DNA of 50,347 nucleotides, taken from the NCBI GenBank assembly GCA_964371795.1, contig CAYJON010000002.1:1-50347 (forward strand), given 5' to 3'. This document shows positions 26,730-34,715 of this stretch, in pieces. The translations under genes and the position numbers were made by a program. The first letter of the stretch is position 1. Every line of letters begins with the position of its first letter. Source of the DNA: an uncultured Akkermansia sp. Lineage in GTDB: Bacteria; Verrucomicrobiota; Verrucomicrobiia; Verrucomicrobiales; Akkermansiaceae. The notes beneath the pieces are model-generated. The model saw only the letters and a program-made list of their open reading frames with translations. It was not told where the DNA came from and searched no databases.

Positions 26730-27113
26730 TTATCTTCTTCCCTTGAAGCGTATGGTGTCGCGGCGTGATTGGGGGTCAACAATGTTTGCCCAAGCCTCTG
26801 CTAGCCCCGAGGATTCAAAGTATTTTTCTTTGGAGAGCGAAATCATGATGCGGTTGATGATGTTTTGCCTGTCGTAGAGCTCCGCTAGGACTTTGTCATT
26901 GTGCTCCTTGTACTGGGGGCGTATTTTTTCAAAAATATCGATAATTTCTTTGGCTGCCGCAATGGCGCTAGCCTCATCCTTTACGGCAACAAGAAGGACT
27001 CGCGCCTGCTCCAGCGCTTCAAACTCTTTCGTCATATCTGCCTTCGCGACGGGGGTGAGAAGCAAAAGCGCAGAAAAAAAGGTGAACAGTACTGTAAAAA
27101 AGTTATTCGTCAT
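26730..27113 (-). CDS. Secreted helical hypothetical protein
   Basis: Start MTNNFF at 27113 with a signal peptide ending AKA; promoter TTGACA-17-TAGTCT at 27127-27155; 6 bp upstream of rnc. Confidence 0.7.
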   Translation of the reverse strand: MTNNFFTVLFTFFSALLLLTPVAKADMTKEFEALEQARVLLVAVKDEASAIAAAKEIIDIFEKIRPQYKEHNDKVLAELYDRQNIINRIMISLSKEKYFESSGLAEAWANIVDPQSRRDTIRFKGRR

Positions 27114-27219
27114 AGCCAATGTCCCAAGACTACCAGAGAGCCATCTATCTGTCAAGGTGAGTTTTTTTCTTGCAAAAGAAAATGAGACTGTTAGACTGAA
27201 AAGATATTGTAAATATCCC

Positions 27220-28902
27220 ATGAAATATCCCCTCTTTTCATCCCTTGTTCTTGCCTGCATGCTTTGTGTCCCTGTGCAGGCAGAGTCTTCACCCATCACC
27301 TTGGAAAGTCTGCTGGAAGAAATGTCGCAAGAGGCGACGCTGGCAGAATGGCCTAGCGAACAGCCCTATCAACTCTTGCAGGCATCAAGCTACTCTCGAG
27401 AATCTGTCGATGCCAAAACAGCAGCCGAAGACGGCAAATTCCGCCCCGAAAGCGGGCGAGATTGGGGCAAAGGCTGGTTTGAAAATCACGATTTTGGCAA
27501 CTTTCTGCGTGAAGAGATGAATGGCAATCGCAAGGAATTTGTGATGATGGAGGATGAAGGCCCCGGTGTGGTGGTTCGCTTTTGGGCAGCCTATGGCGGT
27601 CGCCCAGATATTGTAGGCGGTACCTACCGCATCTATATTGATGGAGCAGAGACGCCCGTGATATCCTTGTTTCATAAGGACTTGTTAGGTGGCAATGGCT
27701 TGATTGGCAAACCTTTCTCATTTCTCGCCCCAGAAGAGTCAGAAAACCCCACATGGAAAGGACGCAACCTTGTGCTGCCCATTCCCTATGCAAAGAGCTG
27801 CAAAATCACCTACGAAGCAAAGGAAGGCGCCAGTAATGATGAGTGGAATGGTCATTATTACGCCATCAATTACAGAAAGTACCCCAGTGGTACGAAGGTG
27901 GAAAGCTTTGACCAAGATAGTCTGAAGAAATATCAAAAAGCCATACACCAAGCAGGGCAAACGCTCATTGCCGACAAGGAGTTAAATTCGGTGAGTACTG
28001 CCTATCAAAGTGCCAAACTAGCCACTAATCAATACTTAACTTTAGATTTGAAAGGCAGCAAAGCCATCACTGCCTTGCGCTGTCTTATTGACGCGAAGGA
28101 CATGGAGCAGGCCTTGCGCTCCACCGTGTTAGAAATCAGCTTTGATGGACACAATACCGTCTGGTGTCCCTTGGGGCAATTTTATGGAATAGGATACAAG
28201 CGAGTTCCGAATAAGAGTTTTTACATCAACTGCGATGCAGATGGCCTCATGGCGAGTCACTGGCTCATGCCCTTTGGCAAGGAGGCGAAGGTTACCTTGC
28301 GTAATTATGGCAAAGAGCCCATCGAGGTAGAGCTTTTTCAAGTTTATACTAGACCCTACAATTGGGGAGAGAATAGCATGTACTTCCATGCTGCATGGAC
28401 AGAGACGCAAAAGATGGATACCAATATCAAGCGTGACTACAACTATATCAGCATTGAGGGCAAGGGCGTCTTCGTAGGTGACAACCTCACGGTCTATAAT
28501 ACCCACCCTGATTGGTGGGGTGAGGGCGATGAGAAAATCTATGTCGATGGAGAAGATTTTCCCTCCCACTTTGGCACGGGGACAGAGGACTATTACTCCT
28601 ACGCATGGTGCCGCCCACAACGCTTTTACCACATCAATGTCACCCAACCCTTGGGCGATGGTAACAAGGCTGTGGGGCTCTCTACCAATAACCGATACAG
28701 ACTACTGGATGCTATACCTTTTACCCGCAGCTTCCAATTTGATATGGAGATATGGCATCCTTTCTATGCCAAGATGAATTATAGCCCTGCTACCTTCTGG
28801 TATGCCTTTGCAGGTGCAAAGTGGAATCACCGCCCCGATGTTGAGAAGGTAAAACGCCCTGTTGCCAAAACAAAGGAAGATGTCATCTCCCCCTCAAATT
28901 AG
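27220..28902 (+). CDS. DUF2961 / GH172-family glycoside hydrolase
   Basis: Start MKYPLF with signal peptide; EGPGVVVRFW, YFHAAW, WWGEGDEKIYVDGE, GTGTEDYY. Confidence 0.9.
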   Translation: MKYPLFSSLVLACMLCVPVQAESSPITLESLLEEMSQEATLAEWPSEQPYQLLQASSYSRESVDAKTAAEDGKFRPESGRDWGKGWFENHDFGNFLREEMNGNRKEFVMMEDEGPGVVVRFWAAYGGRPDIVGGTYRIYIDGAETPVISLFHKDLLGGNGLIGKPFSFLAPEESENPTWKGRNLVLPIPYAKSCKITYEAKEGASNDEWNGHYYAINYRKYPSGTKVESFDQDSLKKYQKAIHQAGQTLIADKELNSVSTAYQSAKLATNQYLTLDLKGSKAITALRCLIDAKDMEQALRSTVLEISFDGHNTVWCPLGQFYGIGYKRVPNKSFYINCDADGLMASHWLMPFGKEAKVTLRNYGKEPIEVELFQVYTRPYNWGENSMYFHAAWTETQKMDTNIKRDYNYISIEGKGVFVGDNLTVYNTHPDWWGEGDEKIYVDGEDFPSHFGTGTEDYYSYAWCRPQRFYHINVTQPLGDGNKAVGLSTNNRYRLLDAIPFTRSFQFDMEIWHPFYAKMNYSPATFWYAFAGAKWNHRPDVEKVKRPVAKTKEDVISPSN

Positions 28903-29126
28903 TCTTGGTATCTGCCAAGTCTACCTGTGGCAGAGCTCTTTGATGCCGCGATATCAAGAGCTCTGTTATGAACATCGCTGGAGTCTTCGCTAAAGCGGTA
29001 GGCGTAGCAGCAAGAGCAGATGCTAGAGTTCTTGTCAACGATAGCAAGGCACACGAGGCATAGTTTATAGTGCTCGGGTGAGGAGAGGATGCTGTCGAGG
29101 AGGTCTGATTGGTCAGCTTGGGGCAT
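28899..29126 (-). CDS. Small putative zinc-ribbon protein
   Basis: 75 aa; CxxC-x10-CxxC-like pattern YKLCLVC...ICSCCYAYRF; fills the gap downstream of rpsT. Confidence 0.65.
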   Translation of the reverse strand: MPQADQSDLLDSILSSPEHYKLCLVCLAIVDKNSSICSCCYAYRFSEDSSDVHNRALDIAASKSSATGRLGRYQD

Positions 29127-29143
29127 TGTTTGATAAAAGAAGT

Positions 29144-29172
29144 AGAGGCATCAGCTGTTGACTGATGCCTCT
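29144..29172 (-). terminator. rpsT terminator hairpin
   Basis: 11-bp stem AGAGGCATCAG / CTGATGCCTCT. Confidence 0.7.
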
Positions 29173-29200
29173 TGCGTTTAGAAACGAAAACCTAGAAAAT

Positions 29201-29464
29201 TTAGGCGATAGCGGCGATAGCCTTTGCAGCCTTGCTCTTGTAGTTAGATGCGCGGTTAGCTGGCAGGACGTTGTTCTTTACGGCCTTGTCGATAACGGAG
29301 GCAAACTCATTGTAAGCAGCCATTGCTTCTTCTTTTTGAGCAGCTTGGATAGCTGTAGCTACCTTCTTGCGAAGGGTGCGAACGCGGGAATATGCAGCGC
29401 GGTTAGCTGCGGTGCGCTTGATTGTCTGACGGATACGCTTCTTTGCGGACTGTGTGTGTGCCAT
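29201..29464 (-). CDS. rpsT: 30S ribosomal protein S20
   Basis: SAKKRIRQ..KR...N; IDKAVK...NRASNYKS; promoter TTGACT-16-TAAACT at 29519-29546. Confidence 0.96.
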   Translation of the reverse strand: MAHTQSAKKRIRQTIKRTAANRAAYSRVRTLRKKVATAIQAAQKEEAMAAYNEFASVIDKAVKNNVLPANRASNYKSKAAKAIAAIA

Positions 29465-29616
29465 AATGTGTTGATTTTTTAAGGGGCTAAATAAGGTTTA
29501 GGTTTCTAGGTGACAGGTAGTTTACTGTATCTTTGCCGAAAGTCAAGCATATTGATGCAAAATACACAACTTTCTTTCTTTGGGGGCAAGTTTTTGTGTC
29601 AAAGCAGGGTTGGTGC

Positions 29617-29645
29617 GTGACAGGGCGCACTGTTTATGCTACTTT
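29617..29645 (+). promoter_or_regulatory. Sigma70-like promoter of menC
   Basis: GTGACA-17 bp-TACTTT (TG-extended), 7 nt before ATG 29653. Confidence 0.55.
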
Positions 29646-29652
29646 AGATGAT

Positions 29653-30603
29653 ATGTACTATACGAGCTATACTCTTTACCCAGTCGGAGCCATGAGCGCA
29701 CGCGCAGCCGCACAGCCACGCTCTGGTGTTTTACTACGTTCATCTGATGGCGGTTATGCCTGCTTGCAGCCATGGACAGAGTTGGGGGATTCTCCCTTGG
29801 ATTATGAGCTGGAAGCACTGCGTGATGGTAACCCTCTGCGATTGGGTGCCTGTGCGCTGCGTTGCATGGAAGTGGACGCCGAAGCGCGCAAGAGTGGGAA
29901 AAATCTTTTTGAAGGACTGCGCGTTCCTCGCAGTCATGCCACATTGACGGTGAGCGCAACCCCTTCTCAGGTTTACAATCTGGACAAAAAGGGCTTCAGC
30001 GTGGGCAAGCTCAAGCTTCTCCCCCGTTTGGAGGCGACAGTGGAGCGATTGGTGAACTTTGCCGCCATTGTGCCTCATTGGAAGTGGCGTTTGGACTTTA
30101 ACTGCACACTCAGCGTTGATGATGCCCTTCGCCTCTGGGATATGCTATCCGATGAGATGAAGCAACGCATCGACTTTATCGAAGACCCCTGCTATTACAC
30201 CGTAGAGGGCTGGCAAAAGCTGCAAGACGCAGGCATGCCCTTGGGATATGATATGCCCTTGATGAATGGCGAGACATCCATCCCTGGTTGCACAACAAAG
30301 CCCATGCTCCGTCTAGTGAAGCCCGCTTTGCACATGAGCAACCGTGGTCTGCCAGTCTTTACCTCCTACCTTGACCACCCCCTTGGTCAGTGCTGGGCGG
30401 CATACAATGCTGCGCTCTTCTACACAGGTAAGCCTAGAGAAGAGGTGCCCTTCTGCGGTCTCGTGACACAGCATGTGTATCGTCCTAATGAGTTTTCCGA
30501 GGAGCTGGGGCTAGACATTACCCCAGAGTTCAAGACACCATCAGGTACAGGTTTAGGTTTTGACAAGTTGCTCGAAGCACTTGATTGGAAAAAATTGATG
30601 TAA
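29653..30603 (+). CDS. menC: o-succinylbenzoate synthase (enolase superfamily)
   Basis: GYACLQPWTELGD, KLK, RLDFN, IEDP, TSYLDHPLG, GTGLGF. Confidence 0.75.
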   Translation: MYYTSYTLYPVGAMSARAAAQPRSGVLLRSSDGGYACLQPWTELGDSPLDYELEALRDGNPLRLGACALRCMEVDAEARKSGKNLFEGLRVPRSHATLTVSATPSQVYNLDKKGFSVGKLKLLPRLEATVERLVNFAAIVPHWKWRLDFNCTLSVDDALRLWDMLSDEMKQRIDFIEDPCYYTVEGWQKLQDAGMPLGYDMPLMNGETSIPGCTTKPMLRLVKPALHMSNRGLPVFTSYLDHPLGQCWAAYNAALFYTGKPREEVPFCGLVTQHVYRPNEFSEELGLDITPEFKTPSGTGLGFDKLLEALDWKKLM

Positions 30604-30623
30604 TCTAATAATATAGATCAGCT

Positions 30624-30710
30624 CGTTCTGGCAAGGCGTTAGCCTTGCTAGAACGGCAGATAACACACTTTAAAGCCCGTGGAGAATGTTCTCCGCGGGC
30701 TTCTTTATTT
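30624..30710 (+). terminator. Two tandem hairpins after menC; the second has a U-rich tail
   Basis: Stems at 30624-30655 and 30673-30702, followed by CTTTATTT. Confidence 0.75.
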
Positions 30711-30949
30711 GTATGATTTTCGCTAATTACTACTAAATTAATGTGATTTATAGCCTTGATTGTTTAGAAATTATACAAACAAATCTAATAAAATTTTTGA
30801 TGGAAAATTTGGTGCTTTTGCCTTTAAAATGGGGAATGGGGAGAAATTATATGAGGGGTTTTTTGTTAGATTTTGCCTCTGATTTACAAAAATGCCTTGA
30901 TGATAAAGAATATGGGTGTATACTGGTCTCGTAACACACCAACAGGAAT

Positions 30950-33454
30950 ATGAGAATATTACACACACAACTCAAAAAATATCTTGAAAGAAAAAGTTCT
31001 CTAAAGGTATCTACTTTTATAATAATAGCGACAGCCGGTCTCTCCTTTTCATCGGCACATGGCCAATTGGTCTCTCCCGCAATCAATGCACCTACACCAA
31101 TCACAGACGCATTTTTAAACTATGATGGATCTACCGCGATAGTTTCTCCTGTTACTGGGACAGTAACTGAGGCAGGTAACATGACAGGTATCTATGTTAC
31201 CCCTGATGCAAGCAATGCTAGCGCAGTAAGTGGTGTAGTCGATTTGGATAACGGCGACGCGACTAATAACGTTAACTTCGGGACTCTGGCAGGGGTGGTC
31301 TTTGCAGACAACACGACACCCAATACACAATTTACTATTGATGGGCTGGAAGTTCAAATCGACTCTTACGGTGGATTTATTGGCAGCAGCGGGGTCAATC
31401 AATACAACGATCTTAGAGGCATTACTCAAAATGGTACTATAGATGGTGAAAGCTACACGGCACAGAGTGTTATTTCATCTATTTCTAATACAAGTATAGT
31501 ATTGAATGCTAATCGAACAGCTGGACAGAATAGCGCTGTCCCTAACGAGAATGAAACATCTGTTATCGGTATTTATACTCCTTTCGCACATATCAATAGC
31601 ATAGATGCCTTGACGACGGTGGAGATCAATTCCTCCATTGATGTTGCAGGAGAACGGCATAGTGCTGAGACCATAATCGGGATACAGGCAGGTAGTATTA
31701 GTGACTTCCAAGGGTCTGTTGTTATTAACGCAAACAGCCTGAGCCAAGCCAATGTTGCAGGATACTACATAACTGGCACGACGGATGTTACCGACAACAA
31801 TTATGCTGGTTCCGTGACTGTGAACAATACTGGTGGTACAACCTATGGTGTCGCTTTCCAAGGTTCCCCAACTGCTACTGCACGACGTCAGCTATTTGGC
31901 GAACTCAGTACAACAATAAACGTCAGCGGTGATAATATCACAGGTGCCGTGCTTGGTTATACAATCGCAGATACAATCTCCTCAAAAATTACTCTAACAG
32001 GCGATGCTGAAGTTGGGCTTGCGCGTGGTATCAATTTAGGTGTATCCACCGTGGGCAACATCACCTCAGACATTACAATTACAGGTGGCGTTGCCGAAGG
32101 TATCTATATTTCCAACACATCAGAAGTTACTGGTGATATTAGTGGAATAATTGATATTGATGCTGTCGACGCTGTTGGTATCAACGTTTCTTACGCAAGC
32201 GTATCAGGCGACATTACGGGTACAATAGATGTTACAGGTAGTGGTAATAATGTTGTCGGTATTCAGGTAAACCGAGAATCAGGTAACTCGTCTTCAATTG
32301 CTTCGATTACAGGAGCGAATGTCACTGTGCATAACAGCTATGAGGGTGATATTCGTCCAACGACAGGTTTGAAAACTTCGTCACTCGCGGCTTTGTCAGC
32401 ACGTATTGATCAAGTGCAGAACATCACGGGTAGCACATTCACATCAACGGGTGTTAATTCTGCAACAGGTCTAGAGCTCGAAGCAGAGTACTCAACTGTG
32501 GAAAACGTACAAGAAAGTGGATTAATTGACAGTGTCGTTAGCGTGCGCACTGACAATACCTTCTATTACGGTGATGAGGCTATGGGGTCTATGACACCTA
32601 CTGATGCCTATCATTATAAATCAACAGTTGGTTTGGATATTAGCCCCAGTTACGCAGGTACTTTTGATAAGACTGATGTCGTCCTTAATTTTGGTGCTAA
32701 CGCGCATATCTCCGCCTATGTAGGAGCTGAAGGTGGTCCACAAGCCTATGGTGATGCCCTTGCATACGTCACTCAAAATCTTACTCTGAAAGGCACTCTT
32801 CCTTCTAATGGTAAGACAACAACATTAATTGGTGATATCGCCTTTACTGGTTCAGAAGGTCTTGACTCTCAGACTGACTATTTGAACTTTGCCGTAGGTA
32901 CATTTGACATCAGCTCATCTCATTGGTACGTGAGTAATGTCACGCTTGGTAGCGAGGTAGACCGCAGCATTAGTAGGGTGAATTTGAAAGACTCTACTCA
33001 CATGTATAGCACCGATTCACTCAACTTCCATGTGAACTCTGTATCGGCACATTCTGTTCTCGCTATTGAAGACGGGAAGCATATGACTATTACTGAGTTG
33101 GATGCTGTTAACATCACACTGGCACAAGACTTGATGGCAACAGAGACATTCCGTATCACACTCATCGACGGTGAGATGCTGGATGCTTTGGGTGCTGATA
33201 TTGGATCAAAAACCTTTGCCGTAAATCTCTTCGATATTGATGAATATGGACTAGTTGACCCAAATCTGGATGTCTACACCATTGATGTTATCTATGATGG
33301 GGTACGCTACGATTATCGTGATGGTTTGACCATCACCATGAATGGTGCAGCAACAGACCTCGTTCTTGAGCGCATTATCCCAGAACCAAGCACAGCTACA
33401 CTTAGCCTGCTTGCACTGGCTGGTCTCCTCGGTCGTCGCCGCCGCAAATCATAA
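30950..33454 (+). CDS. PEP-CTERM surface protein, Ser/Thr/Gly-rich beta-helix-like, 834 aa
   Basis: Extended signal peptide; C-terminal IPEPSTATLSLLALAGLLGRRRRKS; promoter TTGATG-16-TATACT at 30897-30924. Confidence 0.92.
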   Translation: MRILHTQLKKYLERKSSLKVSTFIIIATAGLSFSSAHGQLVSPAINAPTPITDAFLNYDGSTAIVSPVTGTVTEAGNMTGIYVTPDASNASAVSGVVDLDNGDATNNVNFGTLAGVVFADNTTPNTQFTIDGLEVQIDSYGGFIGSSGVNQYNDLRGITQNGTIDGESYTAQSVISSISNTSIVLNANRTAGQNSAVPNENETSVIGIYTPFAHINSIDALTTVEINSSIDVAGERHSAETIIGIQAGSISDFQGSVVINANSLSQANVAGYYITGTTDVTDNNYAGSVTVNNTGGTTYGVAFQGSPTATARRQLFGELSTTINVSGDNITGAVLGYTIADTISSKITLTGDAEVGLARGINLGVSTVGNITSDITITGGVAEGIYISNTSEVTGDISGIIDIDAVDAVGINVSYASVSGDITGTIDVTGSGNNVVGIQVNRESGNSSSIASITGANVTVHNSYEGDIRPTTGLKTSSLAALSARIDQVQNITGSTFTSTGVNSATGLELEAEYSTVENVQESGLIDSVVSVRTDNTFYYGDEAMGSMTPTDAYHYKSTVGLDISPSYAGTFDKTDVVLNFGANAHISAYVGAEGGPQAYGDALAYVTQNLTLKGTLPSNGKTTTLIGDIAFTGSEGLDSQTDYLNFAVGTFDISSSHWYVSNVTLGSEVDRSISRVNLKDSTHMYSTDSLNFHVNSVSAHSVLAIEDGKHMTITELDAVNITLAQDLMATETFRITLIDGEMLDALGADIGSKTFAVNLFDIDEYGLVDPNLDVYTIDVIYDGVRYDYRDGLTITMNGAATDLVLERIIPEPSTATLSLLALAGLLGRRRRKS

Positions 33455-33474
33455 TTTTATAAAAATTACGACAC

Positions 33475-33513
33475 AAAAAAACTCAGGCTGCTTAGCATGC
33501 CTGAGTTTTTTTT
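33475..33513. terminator. Bidirectional intrinsic terminator
   Basis: A7-CTCAGGC...GCCTGAG-T8 between convergent genes. Confidence 0.9.
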
Positions 33514-33521
33514 AGGACAAT

Positions 33522-34160
33522 TTAGCGCTTATCGCGCAGTGCGCAGGCAACTTCAAACTCCTGCTGGCTTTCCTGCCATTGCTTTTGCAGTGGTGGGAAG
33601 CTTTTATCAAAGAGCTCTGCTTGCTCTGCATCCACCTCTAGGGCAGGGGAGAAGTGTGCTGCACCTGCATGGCCTGCAAGAGCGTCAGGGACGAGCTCTA
33701 AGGCCTGCAAGCCCATGTAGTACTCTCCATCGGGGAGACTGATGCCGTATTGCTTTGCCCCGCGAAAGCCATGCGGCTCGTAATGGTAGGGGTAACCCAT
33801 GGTGAGGACAGCAGGGTAGCCCAAGTCGCGCGCCTTGTCCAAGGCTTGACCGAGGAGCTGCCTCCCCAATCCTATTCTGTGGTAGCTGGGGTTGATGAAG
33901 AGGGGACCCATGGCGATGATGGGCATTGACTCCCCATTACTATTGATGATTTGTGCCCGCGTGAAGTAGACTGCTCCCTGTAGCTCTCCCTCATGCTCTA
34001 TTACAAGGGCGAGCTCATGGATGTAGTCCGCGTGCTCTCTCATCTGATTGACGACGTAGTGTAGGTCTGTGCCTGGTACATAGAGATTCCAGAAGGCGAG
34101 GCGTGCTAATTCTTCAGAGCGTCTGTAATCACTTGGTTTTTCTAGTCGTACCTGTGTCAT
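33522..34160 (-). CDS. GNAT-family N-acetyltransferase (YhbS-like)
   Basis: GPLFINPSYHRIGLGRQL (acetyl-CoA motif), GYPYHYEPHGF; start ATG 34160 overlaps the upstream stop. Confidence 0.88.
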   Translation of the reverse strand: MTQVRLEKPSDYRRSEELARLAFWNLYVPGTDLHYVVNQMREHADYIHELALVIEHEGELQGAVYFTRAQIINSNGESMPIIAMGPLFINPSYHRIGLGRQLLGQALDKARDLGYPAVLTMGYPYHYEPHGFRGAKQYGISLPDGEYYMGLQALELVPDALAGHAGAAHFSPALEVDAEQAELFDKSFPPLQKQWQESQQEFEVACALRDKR

Positions 34161-34516
34161 GCTGTGAGTAGTGCGATCCACTCTGCTTCTCGGAAGCCGG
34201 GGAATACGCCTTTAGAGGTGATTAGGAGGGGACGCTTGACCAACATGCCGTCACTGGCTAGCAGTTGCAGTTGTTCTTCTTCTCCCATGCCAGGAAGGGC
34301 TGCCGCTAGGCCTAGTTCGCGGTATTTCATCCCACTGGTGTTGAAAAAACGTTTCAGGGGAAGTCCGCTTGCCTGCCACCATTGGCGCAGTTCTTCTAGG
34401 GTGGGGGCTTCTGTAACGATGGGGCGGTTGATGTAGTCGCAGCCCTGTGCATCTAGCCATGCCTTGGCCTTTTTGCAGGTGCTACAACGCTCGTACTGTA
34501 TAAAAAGCGTTTTCAT
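34157..34516 (-). CDS. ArsC/Spx-like arsenate reductase family protein
   Basis: CSTCKKA, FFNTSGMKYR, MLVKRP; promoter TTGCCA-17-TAGAAT at 34524-34552, 7 nt before ATG. Confidence 0.92.
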   Translation of the reverse strand: MKTLFIQYERCSTCKKAKAWLDAQGCDYINRPIVTEAPTLEELRQWWQASGLPLKRFFNTSGMKYRELGLAAALPGMGEEEQLQLLASDGMLVKRPLLITSKGVFPGFREAEWIALLTA

Positions 34517-34658
34517 GATAGCGATTCTAGGCGAATGAGCCTTTTTTGGCAAGCAGAAGATGCGTCAGATAAGCTAAAATTGTTCAAATTAGCAACAAGG
34601 ATTGATTTTTAGTTTGTTATACGGTTAGGGTATTTATATATTGCAGCATAAATTGCAA

Positions 34659-34687
34659 TTGACAAATGCCAGAGAGTAGGGTATTTT
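34659..34687 (+). promoter_or_regulatory. Promoter of PEP-CTERM copy 1
   Basis: TTGACA-17 bp-TATTTT; positionally homologous to the copy 2 promoter. Confidence 0.6.
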
Positions 34688-34715
34688 TTTGTACCCCAAA
34701 AATGAATTTCTTTCG

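Noticed and set aside
26893..27299. Apparent overlap of about 400 bp between two divergent ORFs
   Set aside because: Artefact of longest-ORF starts; signal peptides and promoters place the starts at 27113 (-) and 27220 (+)
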